NCBI GenBank assembly: GCA_018653365.1
Contig: JABIAG010000001.1
Location: 192,001-256,000, forward strand
Length of the DNA stretch: 64,000 nt
Origin: Candidatus Woesearchaeota archaeon
GTDB taxonomy: Archaea; Nanobdellota; Nanobdellia; Woesearchaeales; JABIAG01
Reading direction: 5' to 3'
Each line of letters begins with the position of its first letter. Position 1 is the first letter of the stretch. Both the position numbers and the translations under genes were made by a program. Shown in pieces: positions 29,286-38,251 of this stretch. The notes under the pieces are model-generated. The model had not been told where the DNA came from, did no database searches, and was given only the letters and a program-made list of their open reading frames with translations.

Positions 29286-30176
29286 ATGAATGGGGTTCAA
29301 TATGTTTCACTTTTATCCTCGAGCCATTCCGGGTCTACTTTGTTAAGTATGTTAATGGCAGCTAATCCTAAAATTAGAAGTTTCGGAGATACATATCACA
29401 ATTCAAATAAAGTAGTGTGCAGTTGTAATACTACTGTTAATAGGTGCAAATTTAGAAATGAAATTAATGAAAAATTAAAAAAGAAAGGTTTCAAGTTTGA
29501 TTGGAAAAACCCCCTATATCCTCACTTACTTTTTGATAAATTTAAACCCGCTTTTGTTAGAAAAACAAAACTGTTTAGGCTATATGTTAACTTGCCAAAC
29601 TTTCTTAAAAAAATAATATATAATAAGAAAATAAAATTAGAATGCAACTTTGTAGATTCTTTAAAAGAAATAAACGATTTTTCATTATATTTTGATGGAA
29701 GCAAAAGCATAGTTCGTTTTGAAACACTAAAACAATTTGATAAAAACATTAAACTAATACATCTAATCAAGAGTCCGTATTCTTTCATTAATTCCTGTAT
29801 CAAACACAAAAAAACAAATCTTTCGAGATGTCTTGAGGGTTGGCTAACTTATAACAATACGGTTAGAGAGTACAAAAAAGAATTAAAACATAATTATTTA
29901 TTAATTAAATATGAAGAACTCGCATCTAATCCAACAAAAGTTCTTAAAAAAATCTATAAGTTTATTGACATACCTGCATTTATACCTGATAATATAGAAA
30001 AAGAAAAAATGCATGTTTTAGGGAGCGAAATCAGATTTAAGTTAAATGATATATCTGACATCCAAAATAAGAATAAAGACCCTAAAAAAGTTTTAACTCC
30101 TAATATGATACGTTATGTTAATAATAAGATTAAAGATATATTTTGGATTAAACAACTTTTCCCAAAAGTAGAATAA
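29286..30176 (+). CDS. Sulfotransferase family protein
   Basis: HSGSTLL PAPS loop, DGSK, IKYEELASNP. Confidence 0.85.
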   Translation: MNGVQYVSLLSSSHSGSTLLSMLMAANPKIRSFGDTYHNSNKVVCSCNTTVNRCKFRNEINEKLKKKGFKFDWKNPLYPHLLFDKFKPAFVRKTKLFRLYVNLPNFLKKIIYNKKIKLECNFVDSLKEINDFSLYFDGSKSIVRFETLKQFDKNIKLIHLIKSPYSFINSCIKHKKTNLSRCLEGWLTYNNTVREYKKELKHNYLLIKYEELASNPTKVLKKIYKFIDIPAFIPDNIEKEKMHVLGSEIRFKLNDISDIQNKNKDPKKVLTPNMIRYVNNKIKDIFWIKQLFPKVE

Positions 30177-30232
30177 GTTTTTCCTGAATTCTACTTGTTA
30201 AAATGATGTTGGTTGAGGTTATAAAAAATAAA

Positions 30233-30263
30233 ATGCTCAGAAAACAAGTATGTTTTCTGGCAC
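30233..30263. repeat. Short palindromic intergenic element
   Basis: ATGCTCAGAAAAC-AAGTAT-GTTTTCTGGCAC; related copies at 41849, 44701, 58808, 38068. Confidence 0.6.
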
Positions 30264-30289
30264 GACTAAAGTCAAATAAAAAAATTCCC

Positions 30290-31000
30290 TTAATAAGGGA
30301 ATGGAGGTATTACTGGAGTGCTGGTTTCTAGAGTGGGTTCAAACTCATCCCAATATTTGATTAATACAGGGTAAGCTGCGAAATCATCTTCAGTTTCTTC
30401 CCAATCAAGAAAATCTCCATAAATATTTTCCCATTCTTTAGAATATGAGTCCCACATATACATGCTTTCCATGTATGATGTGCCATCACGTTCATGAATG
30501 TTGAAATGAGCTCCAGGATAATTTTTTTGCATCTGAGGAAGAAGCACATAAAAGTTCCAACCATCAGCAAATTCAATACGGGTTTCTTGAATGGTTTCTA
30601 AGACCTCATCAGATTCAACTCTAAGAACCATGTTAGTATCTTCTTCCATGTAAACCCAAATTGAGGTAAATCCCATCACATCTACAACATACTCCAGTTC
30701 GTCATCATCTTCCATGATATCATAGAAAACTCGGTCATAAGGGTGGTAAATGTAGGCTGCCAGGAGATTTTCTTCAAAATCTCGGGAATAATCCATTTCA
30801 ACACCATCTCCGTATGGAAGTAGGTTCCAACCCTCAGAAAGATATATGTTGCGCGTATTGTAATCCTCATCATAACCTTGAACTGCATAGTCAACATCAG
30901 TTACTTGTTCAATGTTATTAACTTCTAAAATGCTATCTGCACTAACTAAAGCAGTACTGCAAAGCATAAGAAGCATTAACATAAAAAATAGTTTTTTCAT
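30290..31000 (-). CDS. Secreted acidic protein with two GWN repeats
   Basis: Signal peptide ending VSA; LSEGWNLL and FADGWNF. Confidence 0.8.
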   Translation of the reverse strand: MKKLFFMLMLLMLCSTALVSADSILEVNNIEQVTDVDYAVQGYDEDYNTRNIYLSEGWNLLPYGDGVEMDYSRDFEENLLAAYIYHPYDRVFYDIMEDDDELEYVVDVMGFTSIWVYMEEDTNMVLRVESDEVLETIQETRIEFADGWNFYVLLPQMQKNYPGAHFNIHERDGTSYMESMYMWDSYSKEWENIYGDFLDWEETEDDFAAYPVLIKYWDEFEPTLETSTPVIPPFPY

Positions 31001-31212
31001 TTTATTGCCTCCGGTATTGTTGGTGGTGGTACAAGACTTTCATTCTTGTCCGCTAGTATTTGAGAAAAACTTTTATTATTATCACTAACCTTCTCTGAAG
31101 TATTAACAGAATCAACTTCTTGCAGGCCGGATGTAGTGTAATAAAACATTCCAACTAACAATAAAATTAATGTAATCAATACGCCCATTGTTATTAATAA
31201 TGTTTTTCTCAT
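30997..31212 (-). CDS. Small membrane-anchored protein
   Basis: N-terminal TM, Pro-rich tail, overlaps next gene. Confidence 0.7.
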   Translation of the reverse strand: MRKTLLITMGVLITLILLLVGMFYYTTSGLQEVDSVNTSEKVSDNNKSFSQILADKNESLVPPPTIPEAIK

Positions 31213-31246
31213 AAGGTTGGTTAATTGGGGTGTATGTAAGAAGGCA

Positions 31247-31267
31247 TGTTGTCTAAAACCGACAACA
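31247..31267. promoter_or_regulatory. Putative TrmB operator TGTTGTC-N7-GACAACA
   Basis: Perfect 7-bp inverted repeat between divergent genes. Confidence 0.65.
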
Positions 31268-31308
31268 AAGCAAAAAGTATAAAAAGAGATTCATGTTATC
31301 TATAGAAA

Positions 31309-32040
31309 ATGGAATTAATCAAAGAATTAGAGGAATTGGGATTGGATGACAATGAGATAAAAGTCTATCAATCTTGCTTGAGACTGGGAGACTCAAAAGT
31401 ACACGACGTATCAAAAGAGAGCCAACTAATTAGAACAACTACTTATGGTGTGTTGAAATCACTTATCGAGAAAGGAATTGTTTCGTCAATAAATAAAGAG
31501 GGAGTTAACTTTTTTCAGGCAGTAAACCCCGAACAACTAATATATATCCTGGATCGTAAAAAAGAAAAAATTCAGGGAATCATACCAAAATTAAAAGAAA
31601 TAGCAAATACTTCTTCACCCTTCCCTAAAGTTCGTTTCTTTGAGGGAGAAAGTGGAGTAAAAGCAATATTTGACGATTTACTAAAACAAAAAAATGCAGA
31701 AGTTAAACACATTGGAATAGTAAAAGAATGGTTTGAGTTAGCAAGAGTGGCAGCAATAATATTTTACAGAAAGAAAAAAGAACAAGGAGTAAAAACTCGT
31801 TCTATCGTACCCGATTTAAAAAAACAACGAGAGGCATGTAAAAATAAACTAGTTAAAAATGCAGACTTTCGATTTTTCCCAGGATTAGAAATGAAAGGTT
31901 CTATGTTTATCTCACCAACAAACGTAGCTTTTGTAAGTAATCAGGGAGGTAACATAAGAGGATTTGAGATTGAAGACGCTGAATATGTCAAATTACAAAA
32001 CTTCTTATTTGAAGAATTATGGGAAAAAGGAAAAAAATGA
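31309..32040 (+). CDS. TrmB-family transcriptional regulator
   Basis: LGLDDNEIKVY, RTTTYGVLKSLIEKG, FFEGESG. Confidence 0.9.
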   Translation: MELIKELEELGLDDNEIKVYQSCLRLGDSKVHDVSKESQLIRTTTYGVLKSLIEKGIVSSINKEGVNFFQAVNPEQLIYILDRKKEKIQGIIPKLKEIANTSSPFPKVRFFEGESGVKAIFDDLLKQKNAEVKHIGIVKEWFELARVAAIIFYRKKKEQGVKTRSIVPDLKKQREACKNKLVKNADFRFFPGLEMKGSMFISPTNVAFVSNQGGNIRGFEIEDAEYVKLQNFLFEELWEKGKK

Positions 32041-32900
32041 AGCAAAAAAACAAAAAATGGTTAGTTATTGGAATAATAATTCTGTTGGGAATACTTTATC
32101 TAAACTATGATTATACGTCAACTAAAATAAAAAACAAAATAATTGCGAAAGAGGTAGATCAAGCACCAGGAGTCGCTCCTGCCGGAACAAGACCATTAAT
32201 ACTTCTACACGGATTTAATCCACTCTCAAGTTCAAGAATAGCAGAATTATCATTTAAAGAAATGCAAAAAGATATTGAAGAAGATCTAGGGTATGTAAAC
32301 AAAGGACTGCTAACAGATACAACTACCTGTGCAGAACTAAGATACTCACAAGAACCAATAGTAATAAGGGCATCATACTTCGAAAAAATGGAACTAGCAG
32401 AAGTAGAAGAGTATACACAGAATTTAAACGAAATTATTAACGTAGTATTGAATTGTACTGGAGCAGAACAGGTAGATGTTATAACCCATTCAATGGGGGG
32501 GATAGTTGTACGACAGTATCTAAAAACAATTAATAATAAAACAATCAATACCGTTGTGATGCTGGGAACGCCTAATAAAGGGGGATTGTACAATGTTGGA
32601 AAATCAACAAACTGGTTTATTAAAGAGGGAGAATCAAAAATAAATGTTGATGTATTACAATTATCTGAGAATCATGAATTTATGCAGGAACTGAATTCAG
32701 AAAATGAAACCTTTCCTCATATAAACTATTACACTATTGCTGGAAACTTTGACGGAAAAGGGGATGGAATAGTATTAGAAGAATCTGTGAAATTAAATGG
32801 CGTTCCACACTTGACAGTAAAGTGCGAACACATAAGTTTAAAACATCCTTCTTTGTGTCCTGAAGCGTATGAACTTGTGAAAATAGTGTTTAAAAAGTAA
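32019..32900 (+). CDS. Membrane-anchored alpha/beta hydrolase
   Basis: LLHGF, THSMGG nucleophile elbow, GTPNKG, GDGIV, His. Confidence 0.88.
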   Translation: MGKRKKMKQKNKKWLVIGIIILLGILYLNYDYTSTKIKNKIIAKEVDQAPGVAPAGTRPLILLHGFNPLSSSRIAELSFKEMQKDIEEDLGYVNKGLLTDTTTCAELRYSQEPIVIRASYFEKMELAEVEEYTQNLNEIINVVLNCTGAEQVDVITHSMGGIVVRQYLKTINNKTINTVVMLGTPNKGGLYNVGKSTNWFIKEGESKINVDVLQLSENHEFMQELNSENETFPHINYYTIAGNFDGKGDGIVLEESVKLNGVPHLTVKCEHISLKHPSLCPEAYELVKIVFKK

Positions 32901-32975
32901 AAATGATATGTTTTTAATTTTAGAAAAATTTAAATACTTATTAATAAGATTTTATAAAAATTAGGAGGGATATTT

Positions 32976-33242
32976 ATGGGAAAAGAAGAATGGTGGGTAA
33001 TTGATACCGAAGGAGATGAAGGTGCTCGTACGTTTGAGGTGACAATAAAACACTCCAGAGGCGCACTTGATGGCGAAACAGTAACTTTAGGTGTGATGCA
33101 AATTTTGGAATTTAATGCAAGGAAAGTGGAAGTTATATTTACAAGTAATCTGCACTTTTTACCGCTTGAAGATGAAATGACTGAAAGAGCATATACAAAA
33201 TTCGTAAAACGAATTTCATTAAGGACTGGTGAGCGACCTTAA
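32976..33242 (+). CDS. Hypothetical protein
   Basis: SD AGGAGG; 88 aa. Confidence 0.65.
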   Translation: MGKEEWWVIDTEGDEGARTFEVTIKHSRGALDGETVTLGVMQILEFNARKVEVIFTSNLHFLPLEDEMTERAYTKFVKRISLRTGERP

Positions 33243-33276
33243 TTTTTTCTTTTTTATATTTTTTTATAATTAAAAA

Positions 33277-33350
33277 CGCCCCTGCGGAGATTTGAACTCC
33301 GGTCTTTAGCTCCGCAAGCTAATATTCTATCCAAGCTATACTACAAGGGC
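33277..33350 (-). tRNA. tRNA-Arg(GCG)
   Basis: GCCCTTG/CAGGGGC acceptor, TTAGC-TTGCGGA-GCTAA anticodon arm, no intron. Confidence 0.92.
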
Positions 33351-33404
33351 AAAGTTTAAATAAGATTAGTCCTGATGTTTATATTGTTTTTGGAGGTAAT
33401 TAAG

Positions 33405-34277
33405 ATGAGCAAAAACTTTTATAAAAGTCATAAACAAATAATTTGGACTGTAGTAATCATGTTAATTCTATTTGCAGCAGTAAGTGGGTTTAATAAAACC
33501 ACATCCTTTGGACAAATGGATTCTAGTGTCCGGATGGAAGAATCTTATTATAAAGGGGCAGGATTCGCAGAAACAAGCTCACTTAGAATGGATGATTCCG
33601 CTAGCGCTCCAACAGAGGGAGAAAGAAAAATTCGTCATACTGCAAACGTAAACTTAGAAATTAAAAAAAGTAAATATGAAGAAACTAAATCTGCAGTACT
33701 TACTGTTCCTGAACAATTTAAGGGATTTTATACCAGTCAAAGTGAAAATAAAAGAACATACAAAGAAAATGATTACAAAACATATAGATTAACATTCAAA
33801 GTACCTGTAGAAAGCTTTGATATGGCTATAGCTGCAGTGAAAGAGCTTGCAGATGTAAAATCATTAAATGTGTATGCTGACGATTTAACAACTTCTTATG
33901 CAGACGCAAAAGCATATCTGGAAAGTTACAAAAAAGAAAAAGCAAGAATAGAACAATTGTTGAATAAAGCTAATAAGATACCTGAAATAATCCAGATAGA
34001 AGAGAAACTAATGCAATTACAACGAACAATAGACAGATACCAACAACAAATAACAAACATTGATAGACAAACTGATTACTCACAAATTAGTGTAGTACTA
34101 GAAGAAAAACAACCTTTATCAGAATCATTCTACCGATGGACAGGAATAAGAGAACACTTACGAAATATTGTTCGAGGATTTGATAGCGTGCTGGTTGTAA
34201 TAACTAATCTGATTGGATGGGTTATAGCAATAGGAATAATTTGGTGGATAGTAAAAATAATAAGAAAAAAAGTTTAA
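33405..34277 (+). CDS. DUF4349-like membrane-anchored protein
   Basis: ERKIRHTANVNLE, KVPVESF, DDLT, coiled coil, C-terminal TM. Confidence 0.8.
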   Translation: MSKNFYKSHKQIIWTVVIMLILFAAVSGFNKTTSFGQMDSSVRMEESYYKGAGFAETSSLRMDDSASAPTEGERKIRHTANVNLEIKKSKYEETKSAVLTVPEQFKGFYTSQSENKRTYKENDYKTYRLTFKVPVESFDMAIAAVKELADVKSLNVYADDLTTSYADAKAYLESYKKEKARIEQLLNKANKIPEIIQIEEKLMQLQRTIDRYQQQITNIDRQTDYSQISVVLEEKQPLSESFYRWTGIREHLRNIVRGFDSVLVVITNLIGWVIAIGIIWWIVKIIRKKV

Positions 34278-34711
34278 AACATTTTTTTAAAGTTTAAAAC
34301 ATTTTTCTCCTTTTTTTTAATTAAAAAGATGTCTTTTTTAATTTTTTTTAATTTTTTTTGAAAAAATTTAATTTTTATTTTTGCAATTTTTTTGTTTTGA
34401 GGTTTTTTGTAAGATTTACTTTTATATTTTTTTATTAATTTCAGTAAGACTTCTTTTTTTACTTGTTTTTTTTCGAGATGATGTTTTGAAAACTTCTGTG
34501 TTAATCGAGTATAAATTAACATTAAGAAATAAAGAATGATTAGTACAGTAGTAACAATTTCTAAATAATTAATTTGAGCTTTCTTTAGATCTCTCAAAAT
34601 TTTTAGAGTATTAATGAATGTTATTGAAATAATTAAACCAAAGGTTAATGTAATTAAAATGAGTTTAACCCTACTTAACAAAATTTGTTTTTTATTGGAT
34701 TTCATTTTCAA
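34274..34711 (-). CDS. Two-TM protein with very Lys-rich tail
   Basis: Overlaps end of the MinD-like gene. Confidence 0.6.
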   Translation of the reverse strand: MKMKSNKKQILLSRVKLILITLTFGLIISITFINTLKILRDLKKAQINYLEIVTTVLIILYFLMLIYTRLTQKFSKHHLEKKQVKKEVLLKLIKKYKSKSYKKPQNKKIAKIKIKFFQKKLKKIKKDIFLIKKKEKNVLNFKKMF

Positions 34712-35495
34712 TTAATAATTTTTTAACATCTTCTTGTGTTATCTTCTTTTTGAATAATTGTCTTATTCTATGTTTAAATGGATCTTTTTTAAGATTAGTT
34801 TCTGTAATTTTAGCAGCTAGGTTGGTGTAAAGCTTAGTAATACAAGACTTTGGATTGTGAAAGACAACTGAAGATGTATTCACTATAGCTTTGCTAAACT
34901 GGGGGCTTGTTGGAATTGTCGAAATAACCCTGATTTTAGTTGCGTTTTCAATATCTTCTTTAGTTAATTCCGAAGATTTTTTACTAATATTGTTTAATAC
35001 AATCCCTTTAATAGGAATTCTTTTTTGATTAATTAAACTAATTGCTTTCAATGTAGAACTTAATCCTAGGTAATCCGCATTACTAACAATTAAAACCTCG
35101 TCAGAGGCAGAAATTGCAGAAGTAGTAGAAGAATTTAATGAAGGTGAAGTATCTAAAATAACATAATCATAAAATTGTCTTAACTCATTAAGCTTATGTT
35201 TAAGTGTGAACATATTGACTTTTTTTGATAAGACCGCAGAAGGTAAGATATATAACCCTGTATTAATTTTATAAACCGCATTATTGGTAGAAGTTTTTCC
35301 TTTTAAAATATCTTGAAACGTGTTATCTGGATTAATAATGCCAAAATGTAGTCCCACACTTGGTGAAGAAAAATTTGAATCTACAATCAAAACTTTCTTA
35401 TTAAGATCTTTAGATAATGCACTACCCAGATTAAGTGCGGTAGTGGTTTTACCAACCCCTCCTTTGAATGAAACAACACTTATAATTTTAGACAT
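34692..35495 (-). CDS. MinD/ParA-family ATPase
   Basis: Deviant Walker A KGGVGKTT, LIVDSN, ILDTSP; SD GAGGT before ATG 35495. Confidence 0.92.
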   Translation of the reverse strand: MSKIISVVSFKGGVGKTTTALNLGSALSKDLNKKVLIVDSNFSSPSVGLHFGIINPDNTFQDILKGKTSTNNAVYKINTGLYILPSAVLSKKVNMFTLKHKLNELRQFYDYVILDTSPSLNSSTTSAISASDEVLIVSNADYLGLSSTLKAISLINQKRIPIKGIVLNNISKKSSELTKEDIENATKIRVISTIPTSPQFSKAIVNTSSVVFHNPKSCITKLYTNLAAKITETNLKKDPFKHRIRQLFKKKITQEDVKKLLIENEIQ

Positions 35496-36165
35496 TTTTA
35501 TATACCTCGCATAGACAATCAATAATTTTATTTTTTTTATTGATGGTAATGACTTTTTTTGTTTTAAATTCTTTTAATGTTTTTTTTGCATTTGCAACAG
35601 GTTTTTTGGTTTTAATGGGTTCTCTTAAATTAAAAATTTGAATTAATTTATTAATTATTTTTTTCTTTTGCGGATATTTTGTTGAGTTGTGACGTTCTTT
35701 TGCTTTTTTAATTGTTTCTTTAATTTTTATTTGTTGATTATTAATAGTAATTCTTGTTTTTATACCTAAGTTTTTTATGTTTGGGAGGTGATTGCCCTGT
35801 GCAGAACGAATTGCATTACGAATTTCTTGTTCTGCTGAAATTTTCCGCTTAAATTTATGCTTAGCTTTATTTAACGAATTTTTAGTTTTATACTTGAAAA
35901 TTTTACTGTGTTTTTTAATATTTAATCTACGTTTTTCTTTGGGCCAAAGGGCGTTGGAATTTAGAATTAAAAAGTGAAATTTTTTCGTTTTTAATAAGTT
36001 ACGTTTGTTCTTAAAGGTATTGCGTTTTGTTTCTTTAGGAAGACGGAGTTTATTTTTAAATTTGTGCCAGGCAAGTCTATTAGCGAGTCTGAATTCTTTC
36101 TTCGCTTTTTTTTCTTCAAGTCTTTCAAGTTTATTTTTCATTGTGAAATTTATTTGTTGCTCCAT
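35488..36165 (-). CDS. Extremely Lys/Arg-rich hypothetical protein
   Basis: 225-aa ORF overlapping both neighbours. Confidence 0.6.
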   Translation of the reverse strand: MEQQINFTMKNKLERLEEKKAKKEFRLANRLAWHKFKNKLRLPKETKRNTFKNKRNLLKTKKFHFLILNSNALWPKEKRRLNIKKHSKIFKYKTKNSLNKAKHKFKRKISAEQEIRNAIRSAQGNHLPNIKNLGIKTRITINNQQIKIKETIKKAKERHNSTKYPQKKKIINKLIQIFNLREPIKTKKPVANAKKTLKEFKTKKVITINKKNKIIDCLCEVYKNV

Positions 36166-36362
36166 ACATTGATATTTGAGACGTTAAACCCGTGAACCCT
36201 TCCACGAATCTGTAATTTAAGACAGTGAGTTTGAACAGCGTGCCAAGAACGGTTAATTGTGAGCGCAATATCTCGAGTAGATTTGGGATTTGGGGAATTT
36301 TTTAGAACTTTCAGTATATCTTTATCTATTCTTTCGCCTAATTTGGCTTTCCTGGTAACCAT
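36150..36362 (-). CDS. Small winged-helix protein
   Basis: DILKVLK..STRDIA..INRSWHAVQTHCLKL; TATA about 25 nt upstream of ATG 36362. Confidence 0.8.
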   Translation of the reverse strand: MVTRKAKLGERIDKDILKVLKNSPNPKSTRDIALTINRSWHAVQTHCLKLQIRGRVHGFNVSNINVWSNK

Positions 36363-36410
36363 TATTTGTTTAATTATTTGGTTAAGTATATAAACCTTTG
36401 TCACCACTAG

Positions 36411-36468
36411 TAAGTGTGAAGGTTAAGTTGAAGGTTTTATCAACTGTTGAACCGAAGGTTCGCACTTA
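36411..36468. repeat. GAAGGTT repeats on a 12-bp grid inside 10-bp inverted ends
   Basis: Copies at 36418, 36430, 36454; ends TAAGTGTGAA / TTCGCACTTA. Confidence 0.6.
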
Positions 36469-36561
36469 GAGAATGTATATTTTATCATATCATAAAATTT
36501 AAAAAAGAAAAACGACTAAACAACATAAAAAGAGGCGTATAATAGCATACGAGGTACGAAA

Positions 36562-37089
36562 ATGAATAAAGGACCTGCTGTAGCAGACTTCTGGAACAGC
36601 GCAGAACTAACTTCGGGATGTATCTCTTGTGGAAAACATTACTTCTACATAGATTGGGATGGAAACATAATGCCTTGCGTATTTATTCCATACTACCAAG
36701 ATAATCTTAAAGACCTGTACGCTAACGGCAAAAGCATAATGGATGCAATGTTCTCTGACCTATTTACCAAAGGAAGAGCCTGGCAAAAAGACAATTTTAC
36801 TAAAAAAGATGGTAAAGTAAGAAATTTAATGATGCCCTGTCTTGTTAGAGATAATCACAAAGACTTTGTATCAATTGTAAAATCTTGTGAGGGTGTGAAA
36901 GGAGAAGATCAAGCAGCAACAGATGCACTAAATTCTGACGAATACCACGCAGACCTAGAACAGTTTGATGAAGATCTCAAAAAAATAGAAGATCCATACT
37001 GGGAAGAGCACTACGAAATGAAAGATTCAGAAGAAAACTCTTCTGAAGCTGAAAAATCTGCGGAAAAAGGTACAATGGAAGAAGAATAA
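36562..37089 (+). CDS. Stand-alone SPASM/twitch domain (C-terminal part of a radical SAM protein)
   Basis: ADFWN..GCISCG..YIDWDGNIMPC..PCLVRD; no CxxxCxxC. Confidence 0.75.
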   Translation: MNKGPAVADFWNSAELTSGCISCGKHYFYIDWDGNIMPCVFIPYYQDNLKDLYANGKSIMDAMFSDLFTKGRAWQKDNFTKKDGKVRNLMMPCLVRDNHKDFVSIVKSCEGVKGEDQAATDALNSDEYHADLEQFDEDLKKIEDPYWEEHYEMKDSEENSSEAEKSAEKGTMEEE

Positions 37090-37103
37090 ACTTCTTTATT
37101 TTT

Positions 37104-37994
37104 TTATTTTTTATACCAACACTTTTCTTGAGTATCCCATGCTAAATTAATGTTTGAGGGGAGTGAGGGTTCAACTTGATCTAATTTAATATCTTCATTT
37201 AATAAAAACGCTAAATCTTCTGCAGTTGGTTCCGCATCTGGATCAAACTCATTAGTCCAACACTCAATAAAATCTCCTGTTCGAGTCGTTCGCCAAACAG
37301 GATCAAAAAATATTTTACCCTCTGATTCTAATTGATATATTTCCTGCCAGTCAATAACCCTGTTGTTTGCAGCCTCTTCTTCACTTTCAGGATGAGGAAC
37401 ATACCCTTCTGTTGATTGAGCTTCATTTGGATCACCAAAAGGATTTGTAGGATTGAGCCAGGGCATTGTCCCTTTATGATTTTCAGTTACATTAACTCCA
37501 TGCAACGCTCCATACTCTGCAATTCTCTTTCGAATATTTGAACGATCAGGATCTTCAACAGGTGGATGATCCTCGATTGCTTTTTCTAAGACTTCTGCAT
37601 CTGAAGTTTGTTCTTTAGTTCGTAATAATTCCGGATTGGCAATTATGTCTCGATATTTGAGTTCAAGATGGGATGAGTTAAGCCAATGGACTTTAGTAAC
37701 CCATTTATCCCATACCCGTCCATCTCTAAGCAAACTATATGTACGAATTTTAACACTTTTGTTAACTCCTCTTGCTTCAATACGTTTTGGACTGTCCTTA
37801 ACCACTTTATGTTCAAAATACTCATCAAAAATCCAAACACTAGAAAGTTGATACTCAATTGGTCCTGCACTAATTTGACCTGTTTTAACAACTAATTCAA
37901 CAAGCCCATCTCTCATAATTCGATCACCTGGCTTAAGACCTTTTAATAATTCAACATCCGGAGAAAACTCAACAGTTTGATACCAATCACTCAT
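37104..37994 (-). CDS. Hypothetical protein
   Basis: 296-aa ORF with TATA upstream. Confidence 0.75.
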   Translation of the reverse strand: MSDWYQTVEFSPDVELLKGLKPGDRIMRDGLVELVVKTGQISAGPIEYQLSSVWIFDEYFEHKVVKDSPKRIEARGVNKSVKIRTYSLLRDGRVWDKWVTKVHWLNSSHLELKYRDIIANPELLRTKEQTSDAEVLEKAIEDHPPVEDPDRSNIRKRIAEYGALHGVNVTENHKGTMPWLNPTNPFGDPNEAQSTEGYVPHPESEEEAANNRVIDWQEIYQLESEGKIFFDPVWRTTRTGDFIECWTNEFDPDAEPTAEDLAFLLNEDIKLDQVEPSLPSNINLAWDTQEKCWYKK

Positions 37995-38046
37995 GACTAT
38001 AAAGTAAGTTTAATGTGTTTAAAAAAACTATTGTGATAAAAGAAAA

Positions 38047-38066
38047 TACGCCGCAGCCCAGATTTG
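38047..38066 (-). repeat. Degenerate duplicate of the tRNA-Ser 3' end (att-like)
   Basis: CAAATCTGGGCTGCGGCGTA vs CGAATCCGAGCTGCGGCGTA, 17/20. Confidence 0.75.
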
Positions 38067-38125
38067 TGTCATCACTTCGCTAACGCTACGTTCTGGACGA
38101 ATCCATTCTTTGCGTAAAGAAATTA

Positions 38126-38238
38126 CGCCGCAGCTCGGATTCGAACCGAGATATCCTTGCGGAAAGACGCTATCTTCATTGCGTTTGTGTGAACGCAAGA
38201 TTCGAGGCGACCGGAGTACCAGATTGTCCCACTGCGGC
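38126..38238 (-). tRNA. tRNA-Ser(CGA), 29-nt intron at 38172-38200
   Basis: GCCGCAG/CTGCGGC acceptor, G73, long variable arm, intron hairpin TTGCGTT/AACGCAA. Confidence 0.9.
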
Positions 38239-38251
38239 AAATGTATGAGAA

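Noticed and set aside
38028-38240. 70-aa ORF in the track
   Set aside because: Overlaps tRNA-Ser and its duplicate; likewise the N-terminal extensions starting at 8526, 23894 and 28708 run through tRNAs
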